32,834 bases of DNA from positions 1-32,834 of the forward strand of contig NEEC01000043.1 in NCBI GenBank assembly GCA_002189035.1, read 5' to 3'. Positions 11,881-24,375 of the stretch are shown here, in pieces. Numbering within the stretch: the first letter of the stretch is position 1; each line of letters starts with the position of its first letter. The notes beneath the pieces were generated by a model, which worked only from the letters and a program-made list of their open reading frames with translations, did not search any database and was not told the DNA's origin. Made by a program: the position numbers and the translations under genes. The DNA comes from Utricularia gibba (lineage: Eukaryota; Plantae; Magnoliophyta).

Positions 11881-14800
11881 CATTTAAATTATGATGTCAA
11901 CCCCACATGGAGCAGGCGGTCTTTGCACCTGGAACGGGACAAAGGTAATGTTTGGCTTGCACCGAGAGTTAGTTGTAGTCCGGCAAATAAAGTGATGTAT
12001 TCACATGGTTTTTCAAGGAACCGCTTCTCGTTTTGTGGCGGCCAGTCTCGCTGGGAACTTGGTCCTTGACCCCGATTCTGTATGGCTCATGAGGTCAACT
12101 GGATGCAAATCGATTAAAAAAAATGATGCCACGTGCACCCCACATGATTTTTTCAACAACTTACTTTATACTTGAGCAGGCGGTCTTTGGGTGCACCTGG
12201 AACGGGACAAAGGTAATGTTTGGCTTGCACCGAGAGTTAGTTGTAGTCCGGCAAATAAAGTGATGTATTTATTATCGTTCGGTTTTCGGGGGCTGCCTAC
12301 ATGGTTTTTCAAGGAACCGCTTCTCGTTTTGTGGCGGCCAGTCTCGCTGGGAACTTGGTCCTTGACCCGATTCTGTATGGCTCATGAGGTCAACTGGATG
12401 CAAATCGATTAAAAAAAATGATGCATTTGTTTAAATTATGATGTCACGTGCACCCCACATGATTTTTTCAACAACTTACTTTATACTTGAGCAGGCGGTC
12501 TTTGGGTGCACCTGGAACGGGACAAAGGTAATGTTTGGCTTGCACCGAGAGTTAGTTGTAGTCCGGCAAATAAAGTGATGTATTTATTATCGTTCGGTTT
12601 TCGGGGGCTGCCTACATGGTTTTTCAAGGAACCGCTTCTCGTTTTGTGGCGGCCAAACTTGGTCCTTGACCCCGATTCTGTATGGCTCATGAGGTCAACT
12701 GGATGCAAATCGATTAAAAAAAATGATGCATTTGTTTAAATTATGATGTCACGTGCACCCCACATGATTTTTTCAAGTCTTTGACCTGGAACGGGACAAA
12801 GGTAATGTTTGGCTTGCACCGAGAGTTAGTTGTAGTCCGGCAAATAAAGTGATGTATTTATTATCGTTCGGTTTTCGGGGGCTGCCTACATGGTTTTTCA
12901 AGGAACCGCTTCTCGTTTTGTGGCGGCCAGTCTCGCTGGGAACTTGGTCCTTGACCCCGATTCTGTATGGCTCATGAGGTCAACTGGATGCAAATCGATT
13001 AAAAAAAATGATGCATTTGTTTAAATTATGATGTCACGTGCACCCCACATGATTTTTTCAACAACTTACTTTATACTTGAGCAGGCGGTCTTTGGGTGCA
13101 CCTGGAACGGGACAAAGGTAATGTTTGGCTTGCACCGAGAGTTAGTTGTAGTCCGGCAAATAAAGTGATGTATTTATTATCGTTCGGTTTTCGGGGGCTG
13201 CCTACATGGTTTTTCAAGGAACCGCTTCTCGTTTTGTGGCGGCCAGTCTCGCTGGGAACTTGGTCCTTGACCCCGATTCTGTATGGCTCATGAGGTCAAC
13301 TGGATGCAAATCGATTAAAAAAAATGATGCATTTGTTTAAATTATGATGTCACGTGCACCCCACATGATTTTTTCGAGCAGGCGGTCTTTGGGTGCACCT
13401 GGAACGGGACAAAGGTAATGTTTGGCTTGCACCGAGAGTTAGTTGTAGTCCGGCAAATAAAGTGATGTATTTATTATCGTTCGGTTTTCGGGGGCTGCCT
13501 ACATGGTTTTTCAAGGAAAGTCTCGCTCTTGGTCCTTTGTATGGCGAGGTTGGATGCAAATCGATTAAAAAAAATGATGCATTTGCACGTGCACCCCACA
13601 TGATTTTTTCAACAACTTACTTTATACTTGAGCAGGCGGTCTTTGGGTGCACCTGGAACGGGACAAAGGTAATGTTTGGCTTGCACCGAGAGTTAGTTGT
13701 AGTCCGGCAAATAAAGTGATGTATTTATTATCGTTCGGTTTTCGGGGGCTGCCTACATGGTTTTTCAAGGAACCGCTTCTCGTTTTGTGGCGGCCAGTCT
13801 CGCTGGGAACTTGGTCCTTGACCCCGATTCTGTATGGCTCATGAGGTCAACTGGATGCAAATCGATTAAAAAAAATGATGCATTTGTTTAAATTATGATG
13901 TCACGTGCACCCCACATGATTTTTTCAACAACTTACTTTATACTTGAGCAGGCGGTCTTTGGGTGCACCTGGAACGGGACAAAGGTAATGTTTGGCTTGC
14001 ACCGAGAGTTAGTTGTAGTCCGGCAAATAAAGTGATGTATTTATTATCGTTCGGTTTTCGGGGGCTGCCTACATGGTTTTTCAAGGAACCGCTTCTCGTT
14101 TGTGCGGCCAGTCTCGCTGGGAACTTGGTCCTTGACCCCGATTCTGTATGGCTCATGAGGTCAACTGGATGCAAATCGATTAAAAAAAATGATGCATTTG
14201 TTTAAATTATGATGTCACGTGCACCCCACATGATTTTTTCAACAACTTACTTTCATATGCTTTAAAAAAAATGATGCAGGCGGTCTTTGGGTGCACCTGG
14301 AACGGGACAAAGGTAATGTTTGGCTTGCACCGAGAGTTAGTTGTAGTCCGGCAAATAAAGTGATGTATTTATTATCGTTCGGTTTTCGGGGGCTGCCTAC
14401 ATGGTTTTTCAAGGAACCGCTTCTCGTTTTGTGGCGGCCAGTCTCGCTGGGAACTTGGTCCTTGACCCGATTCTGTATGGCTCATGAGGTCAACTGGATG
14501 CAAATCGATTAAAAAAAATGATGCATTTGTTTAAATTATGATGTCACGTGCACCCCACATGATTTTTTCAACAACTTACTTTATACTTGAGCAGGCGGTC
14601 TTTGGGTGCACCTGGAACGGGACAAAGGTAATGTTTGGCTTGCAAATAAGTGTACTATTATCTCATCGTTCGGTTTTCGGGGGCTTTACATGGAACAAGG
14701 AACCGCTTCTCGTTTTGTGGCGGCCAGTCTCGCTGGGAACTTGGTCCTTGACCCCGATTCTGTATGGCAAATCATGATGGTCAACTGGATGCAAATCGAT

Positions 14801-16489
14801 TAAACATTTGTTTAAATTATGCTCACGTGCACCCCACATGATCTGTTTATACTTGAGCAGGCAACTACCTGGAACGGACCGCTTCTTTTTTGTGAGTTAG
14901 CAACGTTCGGTTTTCGGGGCTGCCTACATGGTTTTTCAAGGAACCGCTTAGTCTCGCTGGGAACCTCCTTGACCCGATTCTGTATGGCTCATGAGGTCAA
15001 CTGGATGCAAATCGATTAAAAAAAATGATGCATTTGTTTAAATTATGATGTCACGTGCACCCCACATGATTTTTTCAACAACTTACTTTATACTTGAGCA
15101 GGCGGTCTTTGGGTGCACCTGGAACGGGACAAAGGTAATGTTTGGCTTGCACCGAGAGTTAGTTGTAGTCCGGCAAATAAAGTGATGTATTTATTATCGT
15201 TCGGTTTTCGGGGCTGCCTACATGGTTTTTCAAGGAACCGCTTCTCGTTTTGTGGCGGCCAGTCTCGCTGGGAACTTGGTCCTTGACCCCGATTCTGTAT
15301 GGCTCATGAGGTCAACTGGATGCAAATCGATTAAAAAAATGATGCATTTGTTTAAATTATGATGTCACGTGCACCCCATGATTTTTTCAACAACTTACTT
15401 TATACTTGAGCAGGCGGTCTTTGGGTGCACCTGGAACGGGACAAAGGTAATGTTTGGCTTGCACCGAGAGTTAGTTGTAGTCCGGCAAATAAAGTGATGT
15501 ATTTATTATCGTTCGGTTTTCGGGGGCTGCCTACATGGTTTTTCAAGGAACCGCTTCTCGTTTTGTGGCGGCCAGTCTCGCTGGGAACTTGGTCCTTGAC
15601 CCGATTCTGTATGGCTCATGAGGTCAACTGGATGCAAATCGATTAAAAAAAATGATGCATTTGATTCACGTAAATTATGATGTGCACCTGTGCACCCCAC
15701 ATGATTTTTTCAACAACTTACTTTATACTTGATGCAGGCGGTCTTTGGGTGCACCTGGAACGGGACAAAGGTAATGTTTGGCTTGCACCGAGAGTTAGTT
15801 GTAGTCCGGCAAATAAAGTGATGTATTTATTATCGTTCGGTTTTCGGGGCTGCCTACATGGTTTTTCAAGGAACCGCTTCTCGTTTTGTGGCGGCCAGTC
15901 TCGCTGGGAACTTGGTCCTTGACCCGATTCTGTATGGCTCATGAGGTCAACTGGATGCAAATCGATTAAAAAAAATGATGCATTTGTTTAAATTATGATG
16001 TCACGTGCACCCACATGATTTTTTCAACAACTTACTTTATACTTGAGCAGGCGGTCTTTGGGTGCACCTGGAACGGGACAAAGGTAATGTTTGGCTTGCA
16101 CCGAGAGTTAGTTGTAGTCCGGCAAATAAAGTGATGTATTTATTATCGTTCGGTTTTCGGGGGCTGCCTACATGGTTTTTCAAGGAACCGCTTCTCGTTT
16201 TGTGGCGGCCAGTCTCGCTGGGAACTTGGTCCTTGACCCGATTCTGTATGGCTCATGAGGTCAACTGGATGCAAATCGATTAAAAAAAATGATGCATTTG
16301 TTTAAATTATGATGTCACGTGCACCCCACATGATTTTTTCAACAACTTACTTTATACTTGAGCAGGCGGTCTTTGGGTGCACCTGGAACGGGACAAAGGT
16401 AATGTTTGGCTTGCACCGAGAGTTAGTTGTAGTCCGGCAAATAAAGTGATGTATTTATTATCGTTCGGTTTTCGGGGGCTGCCTACATG

Positions 16490-19400
16490 GTTTTTATTCT
16501 CGTTTTGTGGCAAACATTCTGTATGGCTCATGAGGTTGGATGCGATTAAAAAAAATGATGCATTTGGATGTCACGTTGATTTTTTCAACAACTTACTTTA
16601 TACTTGAGCAGGCGGTCTTTGGGTGCACCTGGAACGGGACAAAGGGTTTGGCTTTTAGTTGTAGTCCGGCAAATCACGTTCGGTTTTCACCGGAACCAGT
16701 CTCGCTGGGAACTTGGTCCTTGCACCCACGATGAGTACCTGGAACGGGACAAAGGTCATGAGGGCAAATAAAGTGATGTATTTATTATCACATGGTTTTT
16801 CAAGGAACCGCTTCTCGTTTTGTGGCGGCCAGTCTCGCTGGGAACTTGGTCCTTGACCCCGATTCTGTATGGCTCATGAGGTCAACTGGATGCAAATCGA
16901 TTAAAAAAAATGATGCATTTGTTTAAATTATGATGTCACGTGCACCCCACATGATTTTTTCAACAACTTACTTTATACTTGAGCAGGCGGTCTTTGGGTG
17001 CACCTTGGAACGGCACACAAAGGTAACAGCTCACCGGGAGTTAGTTGTAGTTGGCAAATAAATGAGGTCACCTAAAATTCTCGAAAAAAATGCGATGCAC
17101 GTTGATTGTGGCACCTGGAACGGGACAAAGGTCTTGCACCGCCCAAATGCTTCGGTACATGGTTTTTCAAGGAACCGCTTCTCGTTTTGTGGCGGCCAGT
17201 CTCGAGGTCAATTCTGGGCTCATGAGGTCAACTGGATGCAAATCGATTAAAAAAAATGATGCATTTGTTTAAATTATGATGTCACGTGCACCCCACATGA
17301 TTTTTTCAACAACTTACTTTATACTTGAGCAGGCGGTCTTTGGGTGCACCTGGAACGGGACAAAGGTAATGTTTGGCTTGCACCGAGAGTTAGTTGTAGT
17401 CCGGCAAATAAAGTGATGTATTTATTATCGTTCGGTTTTCGGGGGCTGCCTACATGGTTTTTCAAGGAACCGCTTCTCGTTTTGTGGCGGCCAGTCTCGC
17501 TGGGAACTTGGTCCTTGACCCCGATTCTGTATGGCTCATGAGGTCAACTGGATGCAAATCGATTAAAAAAAATGATGCATTAAATTATGATGTCACGTGC
17601 ACCCCACATGATTTTTTCAACAACTTACTTTATACTTGAGCAGGCGGTCTTTGGGTGCACCTGGAACGGGACAAAGGTACCCTTGCACCGAGAGTTAGGT
17701 TGTAGTCCGGCAAATTTAAGTGATCACGTCGTTCGGTTTTCGGGGGCTGCCTTACAAATGGATTATTTCAAGGAACGCTTCTCGTTTTGTGGCTCTCGCC
17801 ATTCTGTATGGCTCATGAGGTCAACTGGATGCAAATCGATTAAAAAAAATGATGCATTTGCACGTTGGATCTTTGGGTGCACCTGGAACGGGACAAAGGT
17901 AATGTTTGGCTTGCACCCGTCACATGGCTTCAAAAACTGGATGCAAATGCGATTAAAAAAAATGATGCATTTGTTTAAATTATGATGTCACGTGCACCCC
18001 ACATGATTTTTTCAACAACTTACTTTATACTTGAGCAGGCGGTCTTTGGGCACCTGGAACGGGACCTTGGAACGGCAAATCACAAAGGAACCGCTTCTCG
18101 TTTTGTGGCGGCCAGTCTCGCTGGGAACTTGGTCCTTGACCCCTGTATGCTCACCTGGCAAATCGATTAGATGCATGTCACGTGCACCCCACATGATTTT
18201 TTCAACAACTTACTTTATACTTGAGCAGGCGGTCTTTGGGTGCACCTGGAATATTTATTATCGTTCGGTTTTCGGGGGCTGCCTACATGGTTTTTCAAGG
18301 AACCGCTTCTCGTTTTGTGGCGGCCAGTCTCGCTGGGAACTTGGTCCTTGACCCGATTCTGTATGGCTCATGAGGTCAACTGGATGCAAATCGATTAAAA
18401 AAAATGATGCATTTGTGTCACGTGCACTGATTTTTTCAACAACTTACTTTATACTTGAGCAGGCGGTCTTTGGGTGCACCTGGAACGGGACAAAGGTAAT
18501 GTTTGGCTTGCACCGAGAGTTAGTTGTAGTCCGGCAAATAAAGTGATGTATTTATTATCGTTCGGTTTTCGGGGCTGCCTACATGGTTTTTCAAGGAACC
18601 GCTTCTCGTTTTGTGGCGGCCAGTCTCGCTGGGAACTTGGTCCTTGACCCCGATTCTGTATGGCTCATGAGGTCAACTGGATGCAAATCGATTAAAAAAA
18701 ATGCCATTGATTTTTTCAACAACTTACTTTATACTTGAGCAGGCGGTCTTTGGGTGCACCTGGAACGGGACAAAGGTAATGTTTGGCTTGCACCGAGAGT
18801 TAGTTGTAGTCCGGCAAATAAAGTGATGTATTTATTATCGTTCGGTTTTCGGGGCTGCCTACATGGTTTTTCAAGGAACCGCTTCTCGTTTTGTGGCGGC
18901 CACATCTCGCTGGATCAACTTGGTCTTGACTACTTGAGCAGGCGGTCTTTGGGTGCACCTGGAACGGGACAAAGGTAATGTTTGGCTTGCACCGAGAGTT
19001 AGTTGTAGGGCAAATAAAGTGATGTATTTATTATCACACTGGATGCAAATTCTGTATTAAAAAAAATGATGCATTTGTTTAAATTATGATGTCACGTGCA
19101 CCCCACATGATTTTTTCAACAACTTACTTTATACTTGAGCAGGCGGTCACCTTTGGGCTGCACCTGGTAACGGGACAAAGGTAATGTTTGGCTGTATGCT
19201 CATGAGGTCAACTGGATGCAAATCGATTAAAAAAAATGATGCATGTTCCGGCAAATTTTCAAGTGATGTGTTATTATCGTTCGTTCGGTTTTCGGGGGCT
19301 GGTTTTTCATAGTCTCGCTGGGAACTTGGTCCTTGACCCGATTCTGTATGGCTCATGAGGTCAACTGGATGCAAATCGATTAAAAAAAATGATGCATTTC

Positions 19401-19740
19401 TTGATTTTGATCTTTGGCACCTGGAACGGGACAAAGGTCACCCCACATGATAACATGGCTTTCAACTATGCAAATTTAAAAAAAATGATGCATTTCTTCA
19501 AGTGCACCTGTGCTTGCACCGACGTTGTAGTCCAAACTTGGTCCTTGACCCCGATTCTGTATGGCTCATGAGGTCAACTGGATGCAAATCGATTAAAAAA
19601 AATGCATGTTCGGTTTTCGAGCAGGCGGTCTTTGCACCTGGAACGGGACAAAGGTAATGTTTGGCTTGCACCGAGAGTTAGTTGTAGTCAAATAAAGTGA
19701 TGTATTTATTATCACATGGTTTTTCAAGGAACCGCTTCTC
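16490..19740. repeat. Degraded or scrambled monomers mixed with some intact copies
   Basis: Many 10-150 nt deletions and out-of-order fragments, essentially all derived from the monomer. Confidence 0.85.
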
Positions 19741-20789
19741 GTGTGGCGGCCAGTCTCGCTGGGAACTTGGTCCTTGACCCGATTCTGTATGGCTCATGAG
19801 GTCAACTGGATGCAAATCGATTAAAAAAATGATGCATTTGTTTAAATTATGATGTCACGTGCACCCCACATGATTTTTTCAACAACTTACTTTATACTTG
19901 AGCAGGCGGTCTTTGGGTGCACCTGGAACGGGACAAAGGTAATGTTTGGCTTGCACCGAGAGTTAGTTGTAGTCCGGCAAATAAAGTGATGTATTTATTA
20001 TCGTTCGGTTTTCGGGGGCTGCCTACATGGTTTTTCAAGGAACAGTCTAACTTGGTCCTTGACCGATTCTGTATGGCTCATGAGGTCAACTGGATGCAAA
20101 TCGATTAAAAAAATGATGCATTTGTTTAAATTATGATGTCACGTGCACCCCACATGATTTTTTCAACAACTTACTTTATACTTGAGCAGGCGGTCTTTGG
20201 GTGCACCTGGAACGGGACAAAGGTAATGTTTGGCTTGCACCGAGAGTTAGTTGTAGTCCGGCAAATAAAGTGATGTATTTATTATCGTTCGGTTTTCGGG
20301 GGCTGCCTACATGGTTTTTCAAGGAACCGCTTCTCGTTTTGTGGCGGCCAGTCTCGCTGGGAACTTGGTCCTTGACCCCGATTCTGTATGGCTCATGAGG
20401 TCAACTGGATGCAAATCGATTAAAAAAAATGATGCATTTGTTTAAATTATGATGTCACGTGCACCCCACATGATTTTTTCAACAACTTACTTTATACTTG
20501 AGCAGGCGGTCTTTGGGTGCACCTGGAACGGGACAAAGGTAAGTTTGGCTTGCACCGAGAGTTAGTTGTAGTCCGGCAAATAAAGTGATGTATTTATTAT
20601 CGTTCGGTTTTCGGGGGCTGCCTACATGGTTTTTCAAGGAACCGCTTCTCGTTTTGTGGCGGCCAGTCTCGCTGGGAACTTGGTCCTTGAATTCTGTATG
20701 GCTCATGAGGTCAACTGGATGCAAATCGATTAAAAAAAATGATGCATCACGTGCACCCCACATGATTTTTTCAACAACTTACTTTATAC

Positions 20790-21620
20790 TTGAGCAGGCG
20801 GTCTTTCACCTGGAACGGGACAAAGGCCTTACAAATTGCACCCGAACAGTAGTCCGCTAAAGTGATGTATTTATTATCGTTCGGTTTTCGGGGCTGCCTA
20901 CATGGTTTTTCAAGGAACCGCTTCTCGTTTTGTGGCGGCCAGTCTCGCTGGGAACTTGGTCCTTGACCCCGATTCTGTATGGCTCATGAGGTCAACTGGA
21001 TGCAAATCGATTAAAAAAAATGATGCATTTGATGTCACGTTTGATCTTTGTGCACCTGGAACGGACAAAGGTGTTTGGCTTGCACCGAGAGTTAGTTGTA
21101 GTCCACATGATAAACATTCTGTATGGCTTTTATGCAAATCGATTCAGGCTTCGAGCAGGCGGTCTTTGGGTGCACCTGGAACGGGACAAAGGTAATGTTT
21201 GGGCACCGAGTTAGTTGTAGTCCGGCAAATAAAGTGATGTATTTATTATCGTTCGGTTTTCGGGGCTGCCTACATGGTTTTTCAAGGAACCGCTTCTCGT
21301 TTTGTGGCGGCCAGTCTCGCTGGAACTTGGTCCTTGACCCGATTCTGTATGGCTCATGAGGTCAACTGGATGCAAATCGATTAAAAAAAATGATGCATTT
21401 GTCAACTGGATGCAAATCATTAAAAATAAAGTGATGCACATGGTTTTTCAAGGAACCTTCTAAACTTGGTCCTTGATGTATGGCTCACGTGCACCCACGT
21501 GTGATTTTTTTACTTTATACAGTACCTTGTTTGGCTTGCACCGAGAGTTAGTTGTAGTCCGGCAAATAAAGTGATGTATTTATTATCAGGTTTTTCAAGG
21601 TAAACTTGGTCTTGGATTCT
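20790..21620. repeat. Degraded or scrambled monomers
   Basis: Truncated units, a local re-duplication of gtcaactggatgcaaatc (21361 and 21401) and an A/B hybrid junction. Confidence 0.85.
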
Positions 21621-22544
21621 GTATGGCTCATGAGGTCAACTGGATGCAAATCGATTAAAAAAAATGATGCATTTGTTTAAATTATGATGTCACGTGCACC
21701 CCACATGATTTTTTCAACAACTTACTTTATACTTGAGCAGGCGGTCTTTGGGTGCACCTGGAACGGGACAAAGGTAATGTTTGGCTTGCACCGAGAGTTA
21801 GTTGTAGTCCGGCAAATAAAGTGATGTATTTATTATCGTTCGGTTTTCGGGGGCTGCCTACATGGTTTTTCAAGGAACCGCTTCTCGTTTTGTGGCGGCC
21901 AGTCTCGCTGGGAACTTGGTCCTTGACCCCGATTCTGTATGGCTCATGAGGTCAACTGGATGCAAATCGATTAAAAAAAATGATGCATTTGTTTAAATTA
22001 TGATGTCACGTGCACCCCACATGATTTTTTCAACAACTTACTTTATACTTGAGCAGGCGGTCTTTGGGTGCACCTGGAACGGGACAAAGGTAATGTTTGG
22101 CTTGCACCGAGAGTTAGTTGTAGTCCGGCAAATAAAGTGATGTATTTATTATCGTTCGGTTTTCGGGGGCTGCCTACATGGTTTTTCAAGGAACGCTTCT
22201 CGTTTTGTGGCGGCCAGTCTCGCTGGGAACTTGGTCCCCGATTCTGTATGGCTCATGAGGTCAACTGGATGCAAATCGATTAAAAAAAATGATGCATCAC
22301 GTTGGAGTCTTTCACCTGGAACGGGACAAAGGTGTTTGGCTTGCACCGAGAGTTAGTTGTAGTCATCAAGGAACCGCTTCTCGTTTTGTGGCGGCCAGTC
22401 TCGCTGGGAACTTGGTCCTTGACCCCGATTCTGTATGGCTCATGAGGTCAACTGGATGCAAATCGATTAAAAAAAATGATGCATTTGTTTAAATTATGAT
22501 GTCACGTGCACCCCACATGATTTTTTCAACAACTTACTTTATAC

Positions 22545-24375
22545 TTGAGCAGGCGGTCTTTGGGTGCACCTGGAACGGGACAAAGGTAATGTTTGGCTTG
22601 CACCGAGAGTTAGTTGTAGTCCGGCAAATAAAGTGATGTATTTATTATCGTTCGGTTTTCGGGGGCTGCCTACATGGTTTTTCAAGGAACCGCTTCTCGT
22701 TTTGTGGCGGCCAGTCTCGCTGGGAACTTGGTCCTTGACCCGATTCTGTATGGCTCATGAGGTCAACTGGATGCAAATCGATTAAAAAAAATGATGCATT
22801 TGTTTAAATTATGATGTCACGTGCACCCCACATGATTTTTTCAACAACTTACTTTATACTTGAGCAGGCGGTCTTTGGGTGCACCTGGAACGGGACAAAG
22901 GTAATGTTTGGCTTGCACCGAGAGTTAGTTGTAGTCCGGCAAATAAAGTGATGTATTTATTATCGTTCGGTTTTCGGGGGCTGCCTACATGGTTTTTCAA
23001 GGAACCGCTTCTCGTTTTGTGGCGGCCAGTCTCGCTGGGAACTTGGTCCTTGACCCCGATTCTGTATGGCTCATGAGGTCAACTGGATGCAAATCGATTA
23101 AAAAAAATGATGCATTTGTTTAAATTATGATGTCACGTGCACCCCACATGATTTTTTCAACAACTTACTTTATACTTGAGCAGGCGGTCTTTGGGTGCAC
23201 CTGGAACGGGACAAAGGTAATGTTTGGCTTGCACCGAGAGTTAGTTGTAGTCCGGCAAATAAAGTGATGTATTTATTATCGTTCGGTTTTCGGGGGCTGC
23301 CTACATGGTTTTTCAAGGAACCGCTTCTCGTTTTGTGGCGGCCAGTCTCGCTGGGAACTTGGTCCCCCGATTCTGTATGGCTCATGAGGTCAACTGGATG
23401 CAAATCGATTAAAAAAAATGATGCATTTGTTTAAATTATGATGTCACGTGCACCCCACATGATTTTTTCAACAACTTACTTTATACTTGAGCAGGCGGTC
23501 TTTGGGTGCACCTGGAACGGGACAAAGGTAATGTTTGGCTTGCACCGAGAGTTAGTTGTAGTCCGGCAAATAAAGTGATGTATTTATTATCGTTCGGTTT
23601 TCGGGGGCTGCCTACATGGTTTTTCAAGGAACCGCTTCTCGTTTTGTGGCGGCCAGTCTCGCTGGGAACTTGGTCCTTGACCCCGATTCTGTATGGCTCA
23701 TGAGGTCAACTGGATGCAAATCGATTAAAAAAAATGATGCATTTGTTTAAATTATGATGTCACGTGCACCCCACATGATTTTTTCAACAACTTACTTTAT
23801 ACTTGAGCAGGCGGTCTTTGGGTGCACCTGGAACGGGACAAAGGTAATGTTTGGCTTGCACCGAGAGTTAGTTGTAGTCCGGCAAATAAAGTGATGTATT
23901 TATTATCGTTCGGTTTTCGGGGGCTGCCTACATGGTTTTTCAAGGAACCGCTTCTCGTTTTGTGGCGGCCAGTCTCGCTGGGAACTTGGTCCTTGACCCG
24001 ATTCTGTATGGCTCATGAGGTCAACTGGATGCAAATCGATTAAAAAAAATGATGCATTTGTTTAAATTATGATGTCACGTGCACCCCACATGATTTTTTC
24101 AACAACTTACTTTATACTTGAGCAGGCGGTCTTTGGGTGCACCTGGAACGGGACAAAGGTAATGTTTGGCTTGCACCGAGAGTTAGTTGTAGTCCGGCAA
24201 ATAAAGTGATGTATTTATTATCGTTCGGTTTTCGGGGGCTGCCTACATGGTTTTTCAAGGAACCGCTTCTCGTTTTGTGGCGGCCAGTCTCGCTGGGAAC
24301 TTGGTCCTTGACCCGATTCTGTATGGCTCATGAGGTCAACTGGATGCAAATCGATTAAAAAAAATGATGCATTTG
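22545..24375. repeat. Homogeneous block of about 6 monomers
   Basis: Consensus copies, with one small deletion near 23365. Confidence 0.85.
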
